Source: Eledone cirrhosa
Taxonomy: Eukaryota
DNA: 64,000 nucleotides
NCBI GenBank assembly: GCA_964016885.1
Contig: OZ024743.1
Coordinates: 184,636,001-184,700,000 of the forward strand
Direction of reading: 5' to 3'
Shown: positions 26,001 through 37,621 of the stretch, piece after piece
Numbering within the stretch: position 1 is the first letter of the stretch
Layout: each line of letters opens with the position of its first letter
Translations under genes and position numbers: made by a program
Notes under the pieces: generated by a model
Seen by the model: only the letters and a program-made list of their open reading frames with translations
Told to the model about the DNA's origin: nothing
The model's database searches: none

Positions 26001-29000
26001 CTTTGACCCTAAAACTATCAATTTGAATAGCTGGTCCTTCCTTTGGGTAAGTTGGGGGGTGGTTTCCATTCCTTCCATTCATTCTCTGCATTCATCAGCC
26101 TCTCATAGTAACATTTCCAGGCCTTTTTCTTTGGGGCATCAGTGGTGTTAATTGCACCAGCATCATTTCTAATACATTTTTCGTCAACAACATCTCAAAA
26201 TAATTCAAGGGTAAGAAATTGTCTAGACAAATTGTGTGTGTTTGTTCAAAGATGAATTTCTGCTGATGAGTGGGTGATTCGTCTTATGGTGCCTTTTATT
26301 TACCATTTCTCTTGCACTATCTTTTACTATCTTTAAGTAAGTTTTTTTTGCTTACTATCCAATTTGGAAATAATCGGAATTTCACCATTGGCAATCTTTC
26401 TTTGGCAATGCATCTATGTATATATATATATGTATATGGATGGTAAGAATCAATCTTCTTACAACTTTATGTAAGTACATTCAATTACTCTCAGATCTTG
26501 TCATTGCGCCTATATAATTGTACAAACACACATATTATGTGGATACATTTATCTAGACAATTTCTTACCATTGAATTATTGAATTTTGTATTAGTAGAGC
26601 TGACTTTAGGTTCTAACAGTGATTATTTTTAACACTTTGGTTAACCTATACTTTTGTCAAACATTATGATTAATAATTTTATGTATTAATCAACATTTTG
26701 GTATATATATATCCTCAATATTGCTGTTTTAAGTCTATTTTTCATACTTTGCATTGGTTAGATGGGTTATCACATTCTATGGCTAAATCTATCAGGTGAC
26801 TATGTCTTTCTCATACATCCCATTTTTGACATGATTTTTACAGCTGGATGCCCTTCCTAATGACAAACACTTCATAGCATGTACTGTGTGCACTACTACA
26901 ACCACCTAACAGAGTTGACTGGATGCTTTTTTCATGGTACCAACACTACCACTTTACAAAGTAGGCTGGGTGCATTTATTGTGGCATCAGAACACTACCA
27001 CTTTACAGTGGCACCAGCACTAACATTTTCAAGATTAGGGCTCTTGCATCGTTGGCTAGGCCGGAGAAACTGTGGTAGGGGTGAGGTGGGGGTTACAGGA
27101 GTGGGAAGCTACATGTTGTTCACCAAGTGTGTGGCTGAAAGGTGTGAGTGAAATCTGATAGTACATTGTGGGATGCATATGTATTTCTATGCTAGCATGG
27201 TTGAACTAGGAACTGAGGATCAAAGAGGAAGGGAATACATATAAACACATAAAATAAAATATTTTATACCAACCAAACCCAAATTCTAAGAAAACGCAGA
27301 GTGTTCATGCAGAATAAAAAATATGTACCATTTAAAATATTTGATTAGTAGAGTTGAACAGTTACAAAAACGTACCATTTCCACTGATTCTGAATCTGAA
27401 ACTAACAAAGCATCATCCACCAAAGCTCCCTGCATATTACCAGTTATCCTTCCTTGACCAATGCCTTCTGTGATGGACACATCACCTGCTCGCTCAAGTT
27501 TGCCATGTTTAAACCAGTTGTAGACAACACTGCCCTAACAAAAGCAATACGATTAAAAAGAGAATTAGTAGTATTTCAAAATATGTCATTCATACAATAA
27601 ATTACATGAAAATAAAACTGACAATGGCAAACATTAATTCAAAGAATGTAAATTAAAAAAGATCTTTGTAAAAATTAATTAACTTACAGGTGGGTCAGCA
27701 AGCACAGCTTGTATGTTAGGATTTTTCTCTTTCAGGTACATACCTACACCTGAAGAAAAAAAAGAAAACAAAAGAATAAACTGTCTAAATATTTAATTCT
27801 GATATAAGAATAATATCTTAGATTTGTAAAGGAAGAGAACATTTAACCCTTTTGATATCAAAATGTTCTATGATAAAAAAAACCCTGTTTGTTTTAAAGT
27901 GTTTATATCTAAAATCTTTCCATCATAATTGTATGTAAGAACTTTTATGTTATGTTCCAAACATCAACTCAGTAATGAGAAAGTTATATTAGTAAATCAC
28001 TTCAAATTCTTGATCATTTTCAAAATTATTTGAAAATCATAGGCAGCATTTTTTATTAGAAAAATAGAAAGATGATTACCATATATACACTAATATAAGC
28101 TGAGGAATAAGTGATTTTAAAAAGATCGATGGTAAACTGGGGGGGGGGGGGGGGGGGGGGGGTCGGCTTATATTCGGGGTCAATATTTTAACAATTTTCA
28201 CCAACTTTAAATTCTATGCAAATAAAGTGCTAAAATATCTGGAGTGATTATTTTACAATGAAACACTGTTTTTCTAGATTTATTACATCATCATTGGTGT
28301 TATTTATGCATTCCCTTGAAAATATTTCCAACAAAGTTTTATAATTTGAACTTATTAATACATAAATATATCATTGTATATTATTATTGGGTCCTAAATA
28401 ATAGGGGGTGGGAATAAGTGAGAGTTGGAATAAACTGGTGGTGTGGGATTTTGAAAATTTGGTAATTTTTCTAGGTTGTCTTCGTTGATATTTTTAAAAA
28501 CCAGAATTAGTCGTTTAGTTTACATATTGAGACCACAAGCCATCCTCTTTATGTTATAATGTATGGGATTTCTAGTAATGTACTTGTGTATAATGTTTTT
28601 AATGTATAAAGAAAATTGTCGCAGGAATGCTACCAGTTAAAATAAAAGTTTTCCAGAGATAGATTAATAAAATTTAATGGGGTGGGGGGTAAAATAATAA
28701 GAAGAGGGGTTGGACAAATCTGAAAAATTATTAAGTCGGGGGGGGGTTCGAGACCCGAGAGTACACACATGCATACATGTTTGGTGGATTGGCAGTATCG
28801 GTAGAGGGTCGGACGCCATTCTTTGACGCTGAGTTCAAATCCCGCCGAGGTTAACTTTGCCTTTCATCCTTACAGGGATCGATAAAATAAAGTACCAGTA
28901 ATACACTGGGATAATTGCTGGCCTTGTGCCAAAAGTAGAAACAATTATTTCTTTTTTAATCTTATTTCTGATTTTATTTTCTTGCTCTCTCTTGTTCTCG

Positions 29001-32000
29001 ATTTTACCCTCTCTTTTTCTTGCTCTGCCTCTCCTCTCTCTCACTTGATGTCTCCTCCTCCCTCTTCTACTCAATCTCTTGCTTTCAAACTACTCCCAGC
29101 ATGTGAGTGACTGGAAGTAAACAACTTGTTGAAACTTAACATAATTGTTTCTACTTTAGGCACAAGGCCAGCAATTACCCAGTACATTACTGGTACTTAT
29201 TTTATCGACTCCGTAGGGAGGAAAGGCAAAGTTAACCTCAGCGGGATTTGAACTCAGATCATACAGGGAGGTAAAAGCATGGCGTCCGACCCTTAACATA
29301 ATGGAAACTCATTACGTAATGGAGTTGTGTAACAAAAACTATATTCTAAATGACATTTTAAACATCGAAATATTAAAGATTCATAAATATATTTTATATT
29401 CATGAGAATTTATAAATTAAATTTATTCACAGTTGTATAAAAAGAAATTAAATAATACAATGCTTACAGAACGAAAGCACAAACAAATATAATATAAAGG
29501 GAAAACAAAAAAGAAAGAGGAATGAAAGAGAAAAGAAAAAAACACATAAGCAGGTAGCACACACATCTTGGACCACATACAACAAAAGGCAGGCGAAAGG
29601 GGTGGACAACCGAGCTGGTACCAGAGTAAAAGATAACAGTATCGCGAGGAGCACTGGAAAACCTCTAATAATTTTTTAGGAAAGCCAGCACGCTTGCGGC
29701 GTTACCTCAGGTGATGACGAAGCTGATGTCCTGAAACAACCAAGCGCCCTCACGAACTTCAGCAGTAACCTCTGTTAGGCGAGCCGAGTGAGGATAAGAA
29801 TTTTACAGTCAGTAGCCTGACTCCCAAACGTCTCGAACACCACAGACTGGAAAAAGGTAGTTAACTGACAGATCTTGGTATTTTCAAAACCACACCATCT
29901 AAACATAATGTGTTGATTACCTGCATTGGTTTATAAACAGGGTTTGGATTTATGCCTGTTTCTCAGACATAAAATATGGGTGGGGTTGGCTTATATTCAA
30001 GTATATACAGTATACGGTAGTCAGGCTTTCCTGAAAAGTATAATATTTACTTCTCATGCAGGTAAATGAATAGCAAATAAGACTGCATGGCATTCCTACC
30101 TTTCACATTTACATAATTATTTCTTACATAGACAAAAGAGGCTTAGATTTATAGAAAGTGTCTATGCACTCGAGTGCCTGGTCAATGTTAGACTCTTTCC
30201 AGAGTCCCGCGATCAGGCTGCGTTGCCCAAGCGATTTGGGGGTCTTGGTCTTCCTAAGTGTTCGTCCCTCTCTCTCCCCTGCTTCCTTTCCTCCACCCCC
30301 GCTTGCTCCACCCTGGTGAGTAGCATCCTCTCCTCTCCAACATGGACTAGTTCCAATAGGGAGTTGGGCTTGTCTCTTCCTGAGAAGGTGGAGGACAGTC
30401 GAAGTCAGAGAACTTGGGACAGCATAAGTTCGAGGGCCACCTTCGACTCCCTCTTCGTCCGGTCAGATCAGTTTGCAAGGTGCCGCTTACTATCTGCCAG
30501 CACCAAATACTCAGGTGACTGGGTTGATGCCCTACCTGTGGCCAATGTTGGTGGCCTACTCAGCCTGGACGAACTTCGTGTCTCCATCACCCTTAGAATG
30601 GGAGCTGACGTCTGCATGGGTTTGAGGTGCTGATGCGGCAAACTCCTCAACTCCACAGACCTCCATGGTCTTTCTTGCAGCCTGAATGCCGGCCACTTTG
30701 CACGTCACACGGAGCTAAACCTTATTCTCAAGAGAGCGTTGACACGGGCGAACATCCCCCTCAATCTTGGAACCATCTGGGATGTCCAGAAGTAACGGCA
30801 GAAGACCTGACGGCCTTACCCTGTGTCCCTGGTCGAGAGGCAGGTGCCTTGTCTGGGACGTCACTGTTAGTGACTCTTTTGCTTCTTCCCACATCAGGTT
30901 AGGGCGAGAGCCACAAATACTCTGATCTGTCGGTCAGCTATATTTTCCAGCCTGTGGCTTTCGAGACGTTTGGGGGAGTCGGACTGCTGACTGTGAGTTT
31001 CCTCTCTTCACCGGCGGCTCGCCTAATAGAAGTAACTGGAGAATCTCGCGAGGGCGCTTGATTGTTCCAGCGCATCAGCCTCGTCATCACCCGAGGCAAC
31101 ACTCTAGTGCACTGGCTTGCCTAAAAAATCATTAGAGAGGTTGCCCAGCACTCCTCGGAATGCTGCAGTCTTTTGCTCTGGTGTTGGCTCGGTTGTTTAC
31201 CCCTTCCTTTCCATTTTCTTTAATATTGCAAAATTAAAGGAATATATCCTTCTGAAAGAATTGCGAGCTATTTATAATGTTATTTAAGCATTTATAATGT
31301 TATTTATGTATATATTTAAAACATATTTGTTGTGTTATTCTACTGTATATTTATTTATATGCTTTGTATATATCATATGTGTTTATATTTTCACTCTCAT
31401 TTGTAACATTATTTAATAAAATATAGAGTAATATATTTTACACAAATTCAAATTTAAAAAAACAAAACAGTATTTGCAAATGTAATATTTATAGCTATAA
31501 AATACCTGAAAATGTTCCACCTGTACCACTTGAAAATGTAACAGCATCAACTCTACCATCTAGAAAAACAGAGAAGAAATTTTTTAAAACAACGGTAGCT
31601 ACAATGTTGATCGCTATTTAACCCTTTTGATACTAACTGCCTGCAACTGCCCCTGGTCTACGAACAGAACTGTTCTACGAACAGAACTGTTTATTCTAAA
31701 GTGTTAATGTTTATCTAAAAACCTTCCCTCATAATTTTATGTAAGCGCATTTGTTACAAACATCAAGATAAACAATGAGAAAGTTGGTAATATTACTAAC
31801 TCCCTCCAAATTCTTGATTATTTTCAAAATCATATGAACATTAAAGACAGTGTTTTTCATAAATGTGAGGAACTTAACTGATATGCTTAGTTTTATTTTT
31901 TTAATTATATTTATTGTAGAGGGAGTTGATCAATACCTTATGTGTTAAATTGGTAGTTGGAGAGTGTACAGAAATCTGTCGTGTGTGTGCATGTGATTTT

Positions 32001-35000
32001 GATGAAGTTAAATTCCTGTATAGGGTCTTATTTTTTATGCCCTGATATTATCTATCATAGGAGCATCTGTGTTAACCCCATTTAGGCAGGTGGGGTGAAT
32101 CTCATGGACAAAGTATTCACATATGGAAATAGGACTATCCGTTGTATTTCTTTCCACACATTGAAACATTTATCATTTCACTTTTTGAACAAGTCTCATT
32201 TGGCAGTATTTATTAATCCATTCAAAATAAATTTAGCTGAGTTCAATTTTAAATTCTGTATCCATCGACAAATTTTATTAATTACTTTCTCTTCAGTATG
32301 ACTCAACAGAAATAGAGAAATGTTTGTCATGTATGTGAAGGAGAGTGAGAGAGTATGTGTATGACAAACAGACAAAGCTGATTGCTGGATTACATATAAA
32401 TATAAAGGCAATAGGAAGCATCTAAAGGCAGCATGTTTGGCCACAAGACCAAAGTTTATGACTTATCTCATAAAAGAATCCAAAATACTTACTGGTTTCT
32501 CGCCATATCTCAGGTCCAGTAGTTTCTATATGTGCAAGTCTGTTTGCTAGATTATCAAACTGGTTTGTCCACACAGCATTCTCTAGGCTCTCAGCATACC
32601 TTCGTGCCTGCAACAGGAAACAGGGGATTCACGAAAAAATCATAACAAGAAAGAATGAGTCAGTGAGGGAAGACCCATTGAAAAATTTCTCTTGTTTTTA
32701 ATGGTTGGGTCCACAGAAAGGTGCTGTGATTATGGTCTTCGCAGTCCCTCTGAGATTAGTGAGATTGGTGCAATTAACTTTTTTGATACCAAACTGTCAG
32801 AAACCACCACTGGTTCTATGACACTAAGCTGTTTATTTTAAAGCATTTCATTAAAAAAAATTAATTCATGAAGTATATTTTATCTAAAAACCTTCCATCA
32901 TAATTTTATGTAAGAACCTTTGTTATGTTCCAAACACCAGCGCAATAATGAGAAAGTTAGTTATATTACTAAATCCATCTAAATCATTAATTATTTTCAA
33001 AGTTATTTGAAAATCATAGGCAGTGTATTTCATAAGAAATATGGTAAAGAAAGGGTTAATGTTCCTCTCAAATAGTTGCAGGAAAAAACACAGGCAGAGA
33101 AGGATTTCATGAGAGTCAACATTCTAGGGACGGAAGACTGAGAATAATGTGAAGATTGAGAGGAGAGACACAAAATGGATGACAAAAGGAGATGATTTAG
33201 TTGAGGTAATACAAGACTAGCTAGCCAGCTTTGAGGAGGTATGTGGGAGAGAGTGAGATATAAGGATAAGGAGAGTGGCATAGAATCAGAGAGAGAGATA
33301 TTTAACTCACCTGTTGGTTGTAATGATTTGGGTCAGTAAGTGGGACAGCAGGAACAGGAAATAACTGCGCACCAAGAAGTTTCAGCATGTCAAACTTTTC
33401 CTGAAAAAGTAGATAAGAGTCATCATCATTGTTATAATTTTATGTCTATTTTTTTAACACTGGCATGAGTTAACCCTTTAGCATTTAAATCAGCTGTATC
33501 AGGCTAGAATTCTCTCACCCTTTTCTGTTGAAACCAGCTGTAAGTGGTTGCTCATTCTTATGTTAAGGTGCTCATTCTTATGTTAAGGTATTGTTCTCAA
33601 AATAAATAATATCAAAATCTCGTAGATTCAATATTATGTGAGATAAAGCCTTTACTATGAAAATACAATAGTAAATATAATGTAAATGTTAAAAGGTTAA
33701 ACGGGTTGTTACAGACCAAGTCAATACTTAATCAGAACTACTGTCCTAGACTGGCCACAAACCAAATCTTATGTATATATGTTCCAATTTTGCATGGTTT
33801 CTATAGCTGAATGCCTTTCCTAATGCCAAGAGTGTTGCTCTAAAATGATTCTGTGCCATTTTAAATAATTGTGTGCAGCAAAAGTAAAATTAAATCCTTC
33901 TATAGAAGAACTACTTGATCTACTCAGTACACCTAGGATTCATCATCATAAAGTATTTTCTGCTCTCAACAAGATGAATCCCATGAATTGTTCTAAAGCT
34001 AGCTATGGTTAAATGCCTACCAGCCTCCATGGAGCCAGATCATAATCACATCATCATCAAAAACAGACATAAAATGATGATAAGTTCATAGTCTAGCTCC
34101 ATGTTGGTTGGTAGGCTACAACAGGATTTGAACTCAGAATACAAAGAATTAGAGCAAATACCACAAGGTATCTCATTCAGTATGTAGCAGTTTTGCCAAT
34201 TCACTGCCTTAACCACATTTCCTGGAATCTTTGTAAATATGAAGTTTCATATTTGTAGAAGACTAGGAAAGTTTAGACTAACCTTGGACTGAGTATTAGG
34301 TATGAAGATGGCACATTTATAACCAAGGGAAAGGCATATGTGTGCAAGGCCAATTCCAGTATTTCCAGCTGTACCTTCCACAACTGTACCTCCTGGTTTC
34401 AACATTCCTTTATTAATGAAAAAATATATTTTATAACCAAGATACAAATACACAATGCTTAAATATTTTGCTATCATTATTATTGCTGGGTGTCCTTTCT
34501 GATGCCAACCCTTTTAGTTGTTGCTGCATGTCATAAGAGGCCAAATAAGAAGGTTGGCAGCAAGAAGGGCATCCAGCCATAAAAATACTGCCACAAAAGA
34601 TCTTGTCTGTGTTGGCATGGAAGAGCAGAACTAAAAGCAAAAATTGTGACAATGATGAGGATTTCTTTTAATTTAATTTATTATAGTAAACAAATCATGT
34701 GAGTTTAGAAGATGGTCATTGGAATTTGAAAATTGAACTAGAAGCTTTTGCCATATTTTTTACAACAGAAAATGGCCAAATAACAGCAAATAAGAGCCCT
34801 GAATGGAAAAAAATGGGCACATTTTTTTCTGTTCAGAGGGCTTATGTATCCTGTTAGTAGACAATTTTTTATTATAATAATAATAAGGCCAGCAATTTTG
34901 GGGGAGGAGAAAGTCGATTAAATCAACGCTAGTGCATGACTGGTACTTTATTTTATCGACCCTGTAAGGACAAAATGCAAAGCTAACCTCAATGGGATTA

Positions 35001-36767
35001 GATAAAATGCACCCAGTGAATGTAAAATGATGATAATCATGATAAACACTTTAAAATGAACAGTTTTGTATTGTAGTTTCAAGCAGTTTAGTATAAAAAT
35101 GGTTAAGATACATACCTTTCTTTTCTGCATCTTTAATTAAATAAAAAGCTGCTCTGTCTTTAACAGAACCACCTCCATTACAAAATTCTGATTTAGCCAG
35201 GATCTCACACCCTGAAATACAGCCAAAGAGTAGTCAGTAAATATCAAGATATCAGCAATATTAATTTTTCTTTCCTGTTTGTGCCACCTATGGTCATGAA
35301 TTTTGGGTAGTGACTGAAAGAATATGATCGTGAATACAAGCGGCTGAAATGGGGTTCCTCTGAAGGGTATTTGGAGTAATGTAACTAGATAAGGCTCAGA
35401 GATCAGGGAGTTACTCCAGGTAGAGCCACTACTTCTCTGAATTAAGAGATCACAGCTATGATACTATGGACATATGGTTAAAATTTCTAAGGAAATAATT
35501 ACAGGATAGATTTTATGGGAAAAGCCAACCTGCAGGGGACCCAGGGGTAGACTATGAGCAAGATGGTTGGATAACATCCATGTGATCGGTTGGTTTTGCT
35601 TGGGGGATCTTGCTGGATCAATTAGAGATGGTTACTTTTGATAGGACCCCTGAGAAGCATGTCTAAGGACTCTGTCCTCATGATCCTCCCAGGAATAAGT
35701 GGATGAAGAAGAAAAGAAGAACAATATTAGTGATTCAGTAAACACCACAGATACCAGTGGTATAAAATAATGATTTCTAACTTAGGCACAAAGCCAACAA
35801 TTCATGAAGTAAAGTCAATGATATCAACCCAGTACATAACTGGTTCTTTATATTATCAACCCTGCAAGGATGTAAAGTAAAGCTGATCTCAGCAGGATTT
35901 GAACTCAAAACATAAGGGGGCCATGGTTAAATGCTGCAAAGTATTCTGTCTGACACTCTAATGATTCTACCAATCCACCATCCTTAATAATAATAATAAT
36001 GATTGTTTCTACTTTTGGAACAAGGCCAGCAATAGAAGATTCAATACTTTACCTGTTTCTTTGCTCACTTGCTTTAACTTAACCAAGGGGGTGCTGGAAA
36101 TAGAGAAAATGAATGTTTACAATCAACATAGTGCAGTTTTTCACTAACTATCCTAAACACTTCTCCAACTAAGTTTACTTACTAAAGCCACATAACCTAG
36201 TAGCAAGAGTGTTGGACTCATGATCATAAGGTCATAGGTTCAATTCCCAGACTGAGGAACACATTGTATCCTTCAGAAAAGCATTTTATTACAGTGCTCC
36301 ACTTCACTCAGCTGAAAATGAATATGAATAGCAACGTGTAATATTTTACTTTCAGTCACTTAATACCACATAAAACCAGTGTAAGCATGGAAGAATGGAT
36401 GTAAAAACAGAAGGTATAGTCTATTTTATGAATCTAATATGTGACTGGTACTTATTTTATTGAACCCAAAGTTATGTATGAAGACGTTGATCTTGGGGCT
36501 TTAGAATGGGGAGGCACAAAACTAAATATGCTTGTTAAGCTGAATTGCTCTGAGAATTATGTTAAGGGTACATGTGTCAGTGGAATGCTCAGACACTATC
36601 ACATTAATTTCACAAGCAGGCTGTTCGATCGATTGACTAGCAAGAACACTCATCATCAAAACAGATGCAGGTTCATCCTATTTCAACCAAAAATAATTTT
36701 AAATAGCCATAGTCAAATGATGTACTTACTTTCCAACCATTCCAATGATCCCATCACGGACTAAGTT
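20011..36767 (-). CDS. cysK: Cysteine synthase (PLP-dependent O-acylserine sulfhydrylase, fungal Cys1a/CysB-like), spliced, start exon not located
   Basis: Twelve phase-consistent exons on -: 36730-36767, 36053-36093, 35116-35211, 34283-34407, 33311-33400, 32493-32607, 31506-31559, 27688-27749, 27376-27534, 23979-24113, 20903-20948, 20011-20072 (TAA). Total 1023 nt, 340 aa. Motifs: [18 protein letters not shown] (PLP lysine), [69 protein letters not shown]. Confidence 0.9.
20383..20773. mobile_element. piggyBac-like MITE with nested SINE
   Basis: TTAA flanks (20379-82, 20774-77) and TIR ccctttagcat/atgctaaaggg. A SINE-free sister copy lies at 33474-33696. Confidence 0.75.
21255..23030. mobile_element. 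Decayed RTE LINE fragments (- strand 21255-22670, + strand 22670-23030)
   Basis: ORF-track remnants [41 protein letters not shown], with (GAT)n tails. Confidence 0.8.
24470..26195. mobile_element. Two decayed RTE fragments in opposite orientation (+ 24470-25130, - 25200-26195)
   Basis: [16 protein letters not shown] on + and [11 protein letters not shown] / [17 protein letters not shown] on -. Confidence 0.8.
28079..30010. mobile_element. Possible TcMar (Tc2/pogo-like) non-autonomous DNA element with nested SINEs and a CRE fragment
   Basis: TA + ccatatatacactaatataagctga at left and ttggcttatattcaagtatatacag + TA at right form imperfect TIRs. Internal sub-terminal repeat at ~28162-28176. 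Confidence 0.45.
29450..29885 (-). mobile_element. CRE-like (RLE-type) non-LTR retrotransposon, 3' fragment
   Basis: Reverse complement aligns with 30915-31135 (gatctgtc..ttcgagacgtttggg..gagggcgcttg..cagc.tcgtcatcacc.gagg.aac). Confidence 0.65.
30175..31250 (+). mobile_element. CRE-like (RLE-type) non-LTR retrotransposon, 3' part, pseudogenised
   Basis: Frameshifted [70 protein letters not shown]. This is a zinc knuckle plus RHN/PD-(D/E)xK restriction-like endonuclease. Confidence 0.75.
33474..33696. mobile_element. piggyBac-like MITE (copy without SINE)
   Basis: TTAA flanks and ccctttagcat start; internal sequence matches 20383-20560. Confidence 0.7.
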
Positions 36768-37076
36768 CTGAAAATAGATAATCACCAGAGAATATTTAGT
36801 TCTAGCTTGAAAAAGGTCACTTTACACTCGAAATTAAATTTTGAATAGTTTTCAATGCTGTACCTGCTTCAGCTTATCTATATCTATATATAATATGAAA
36901 GAAAGATGTTTATAGGTTGGTTGGCTGGTTGGTTGAATTACACGAAAACCACACACAAATACATACACACACATCTAAAGAGAGAGAGAGACACAGAGGG
37001 AGAGGCAGAAAGAGAGAGAGAAAGAGAGAGAGTGACGCCCCAGAAAAGTATCAGCTTTATATATATATATAATATA

Positions 37077-37108
<32 letters not shown>

Positions 37109-37129
37109 TATATAAACTGTATAATATTT

Positions 37130-37442
37130 TTTTTTTTACGTCCACTTTTCCCTGCTTGCAAGGGTGGGACGGGAACTGATTCTGGCTTGATTTCTACAGC
37201 TGGATGCCCTTCCTAACACCAACCTCATTTACAGTGAGTGCTGGGTGCTTTTTTGGCGTGACACCTCCATGACCACTTTGCAGTGGAATGATAGAGACCC
37301 CAGTCCTATCATCTTATTTCTACAGCTGAGTAAACTGGAGCAATGTGAAATAAAGTGTCTTGCTCAAGGAAACAACACATCACCCAGTCCGAGAACTGAA
37401 CTCACTACCTTTCGATTGCAAGGCCAATGCTCTAACCACTAA

Positions 37443-37447
<5 letters not shown>
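37130..37447 (-). mobile_element. tRNA-derived CORE-like SINE with RTE-derived 3' tail
   Basis: Reverse complement: tggcttagtggttagagc (A box), gagttcag (B box-like), ccttgagcaagacacttt..ctcagctgtagaaat (CORE-like). Then cactgtaaatgaggttggtgttaggaagggcatccagctgtagaaa..ggacgtaaaa, shared with the RTE 3' UTR. Confidence 0.8.
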
Positions 37448-37486
<39 letters not shown>

Positions 37487-37621
37487 CACACACACACACA
37501 CACACTCTGTATAGCTCTACACCTCATCACAGAAGTGAACCTAAACATCGAATGCTCTCCCGGGTGAACGTGCTGTAACTCCTAGTTACACCCCCTGGAT
37601 ATATATATATATATATATATA

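Noticed and set aside
28139-28162. Poly-G run as a functional G-quadruplex (also 49750-49762)
   Set aside because: Simple homopolymer inside repeat-derived sequence; length unreliable and no supporting context.
20011-36767. Bacterial contamination or recent horizontal transfer of cysK
   Set aside because: Eleven canonical spliceosomal introns filled with host repeats.
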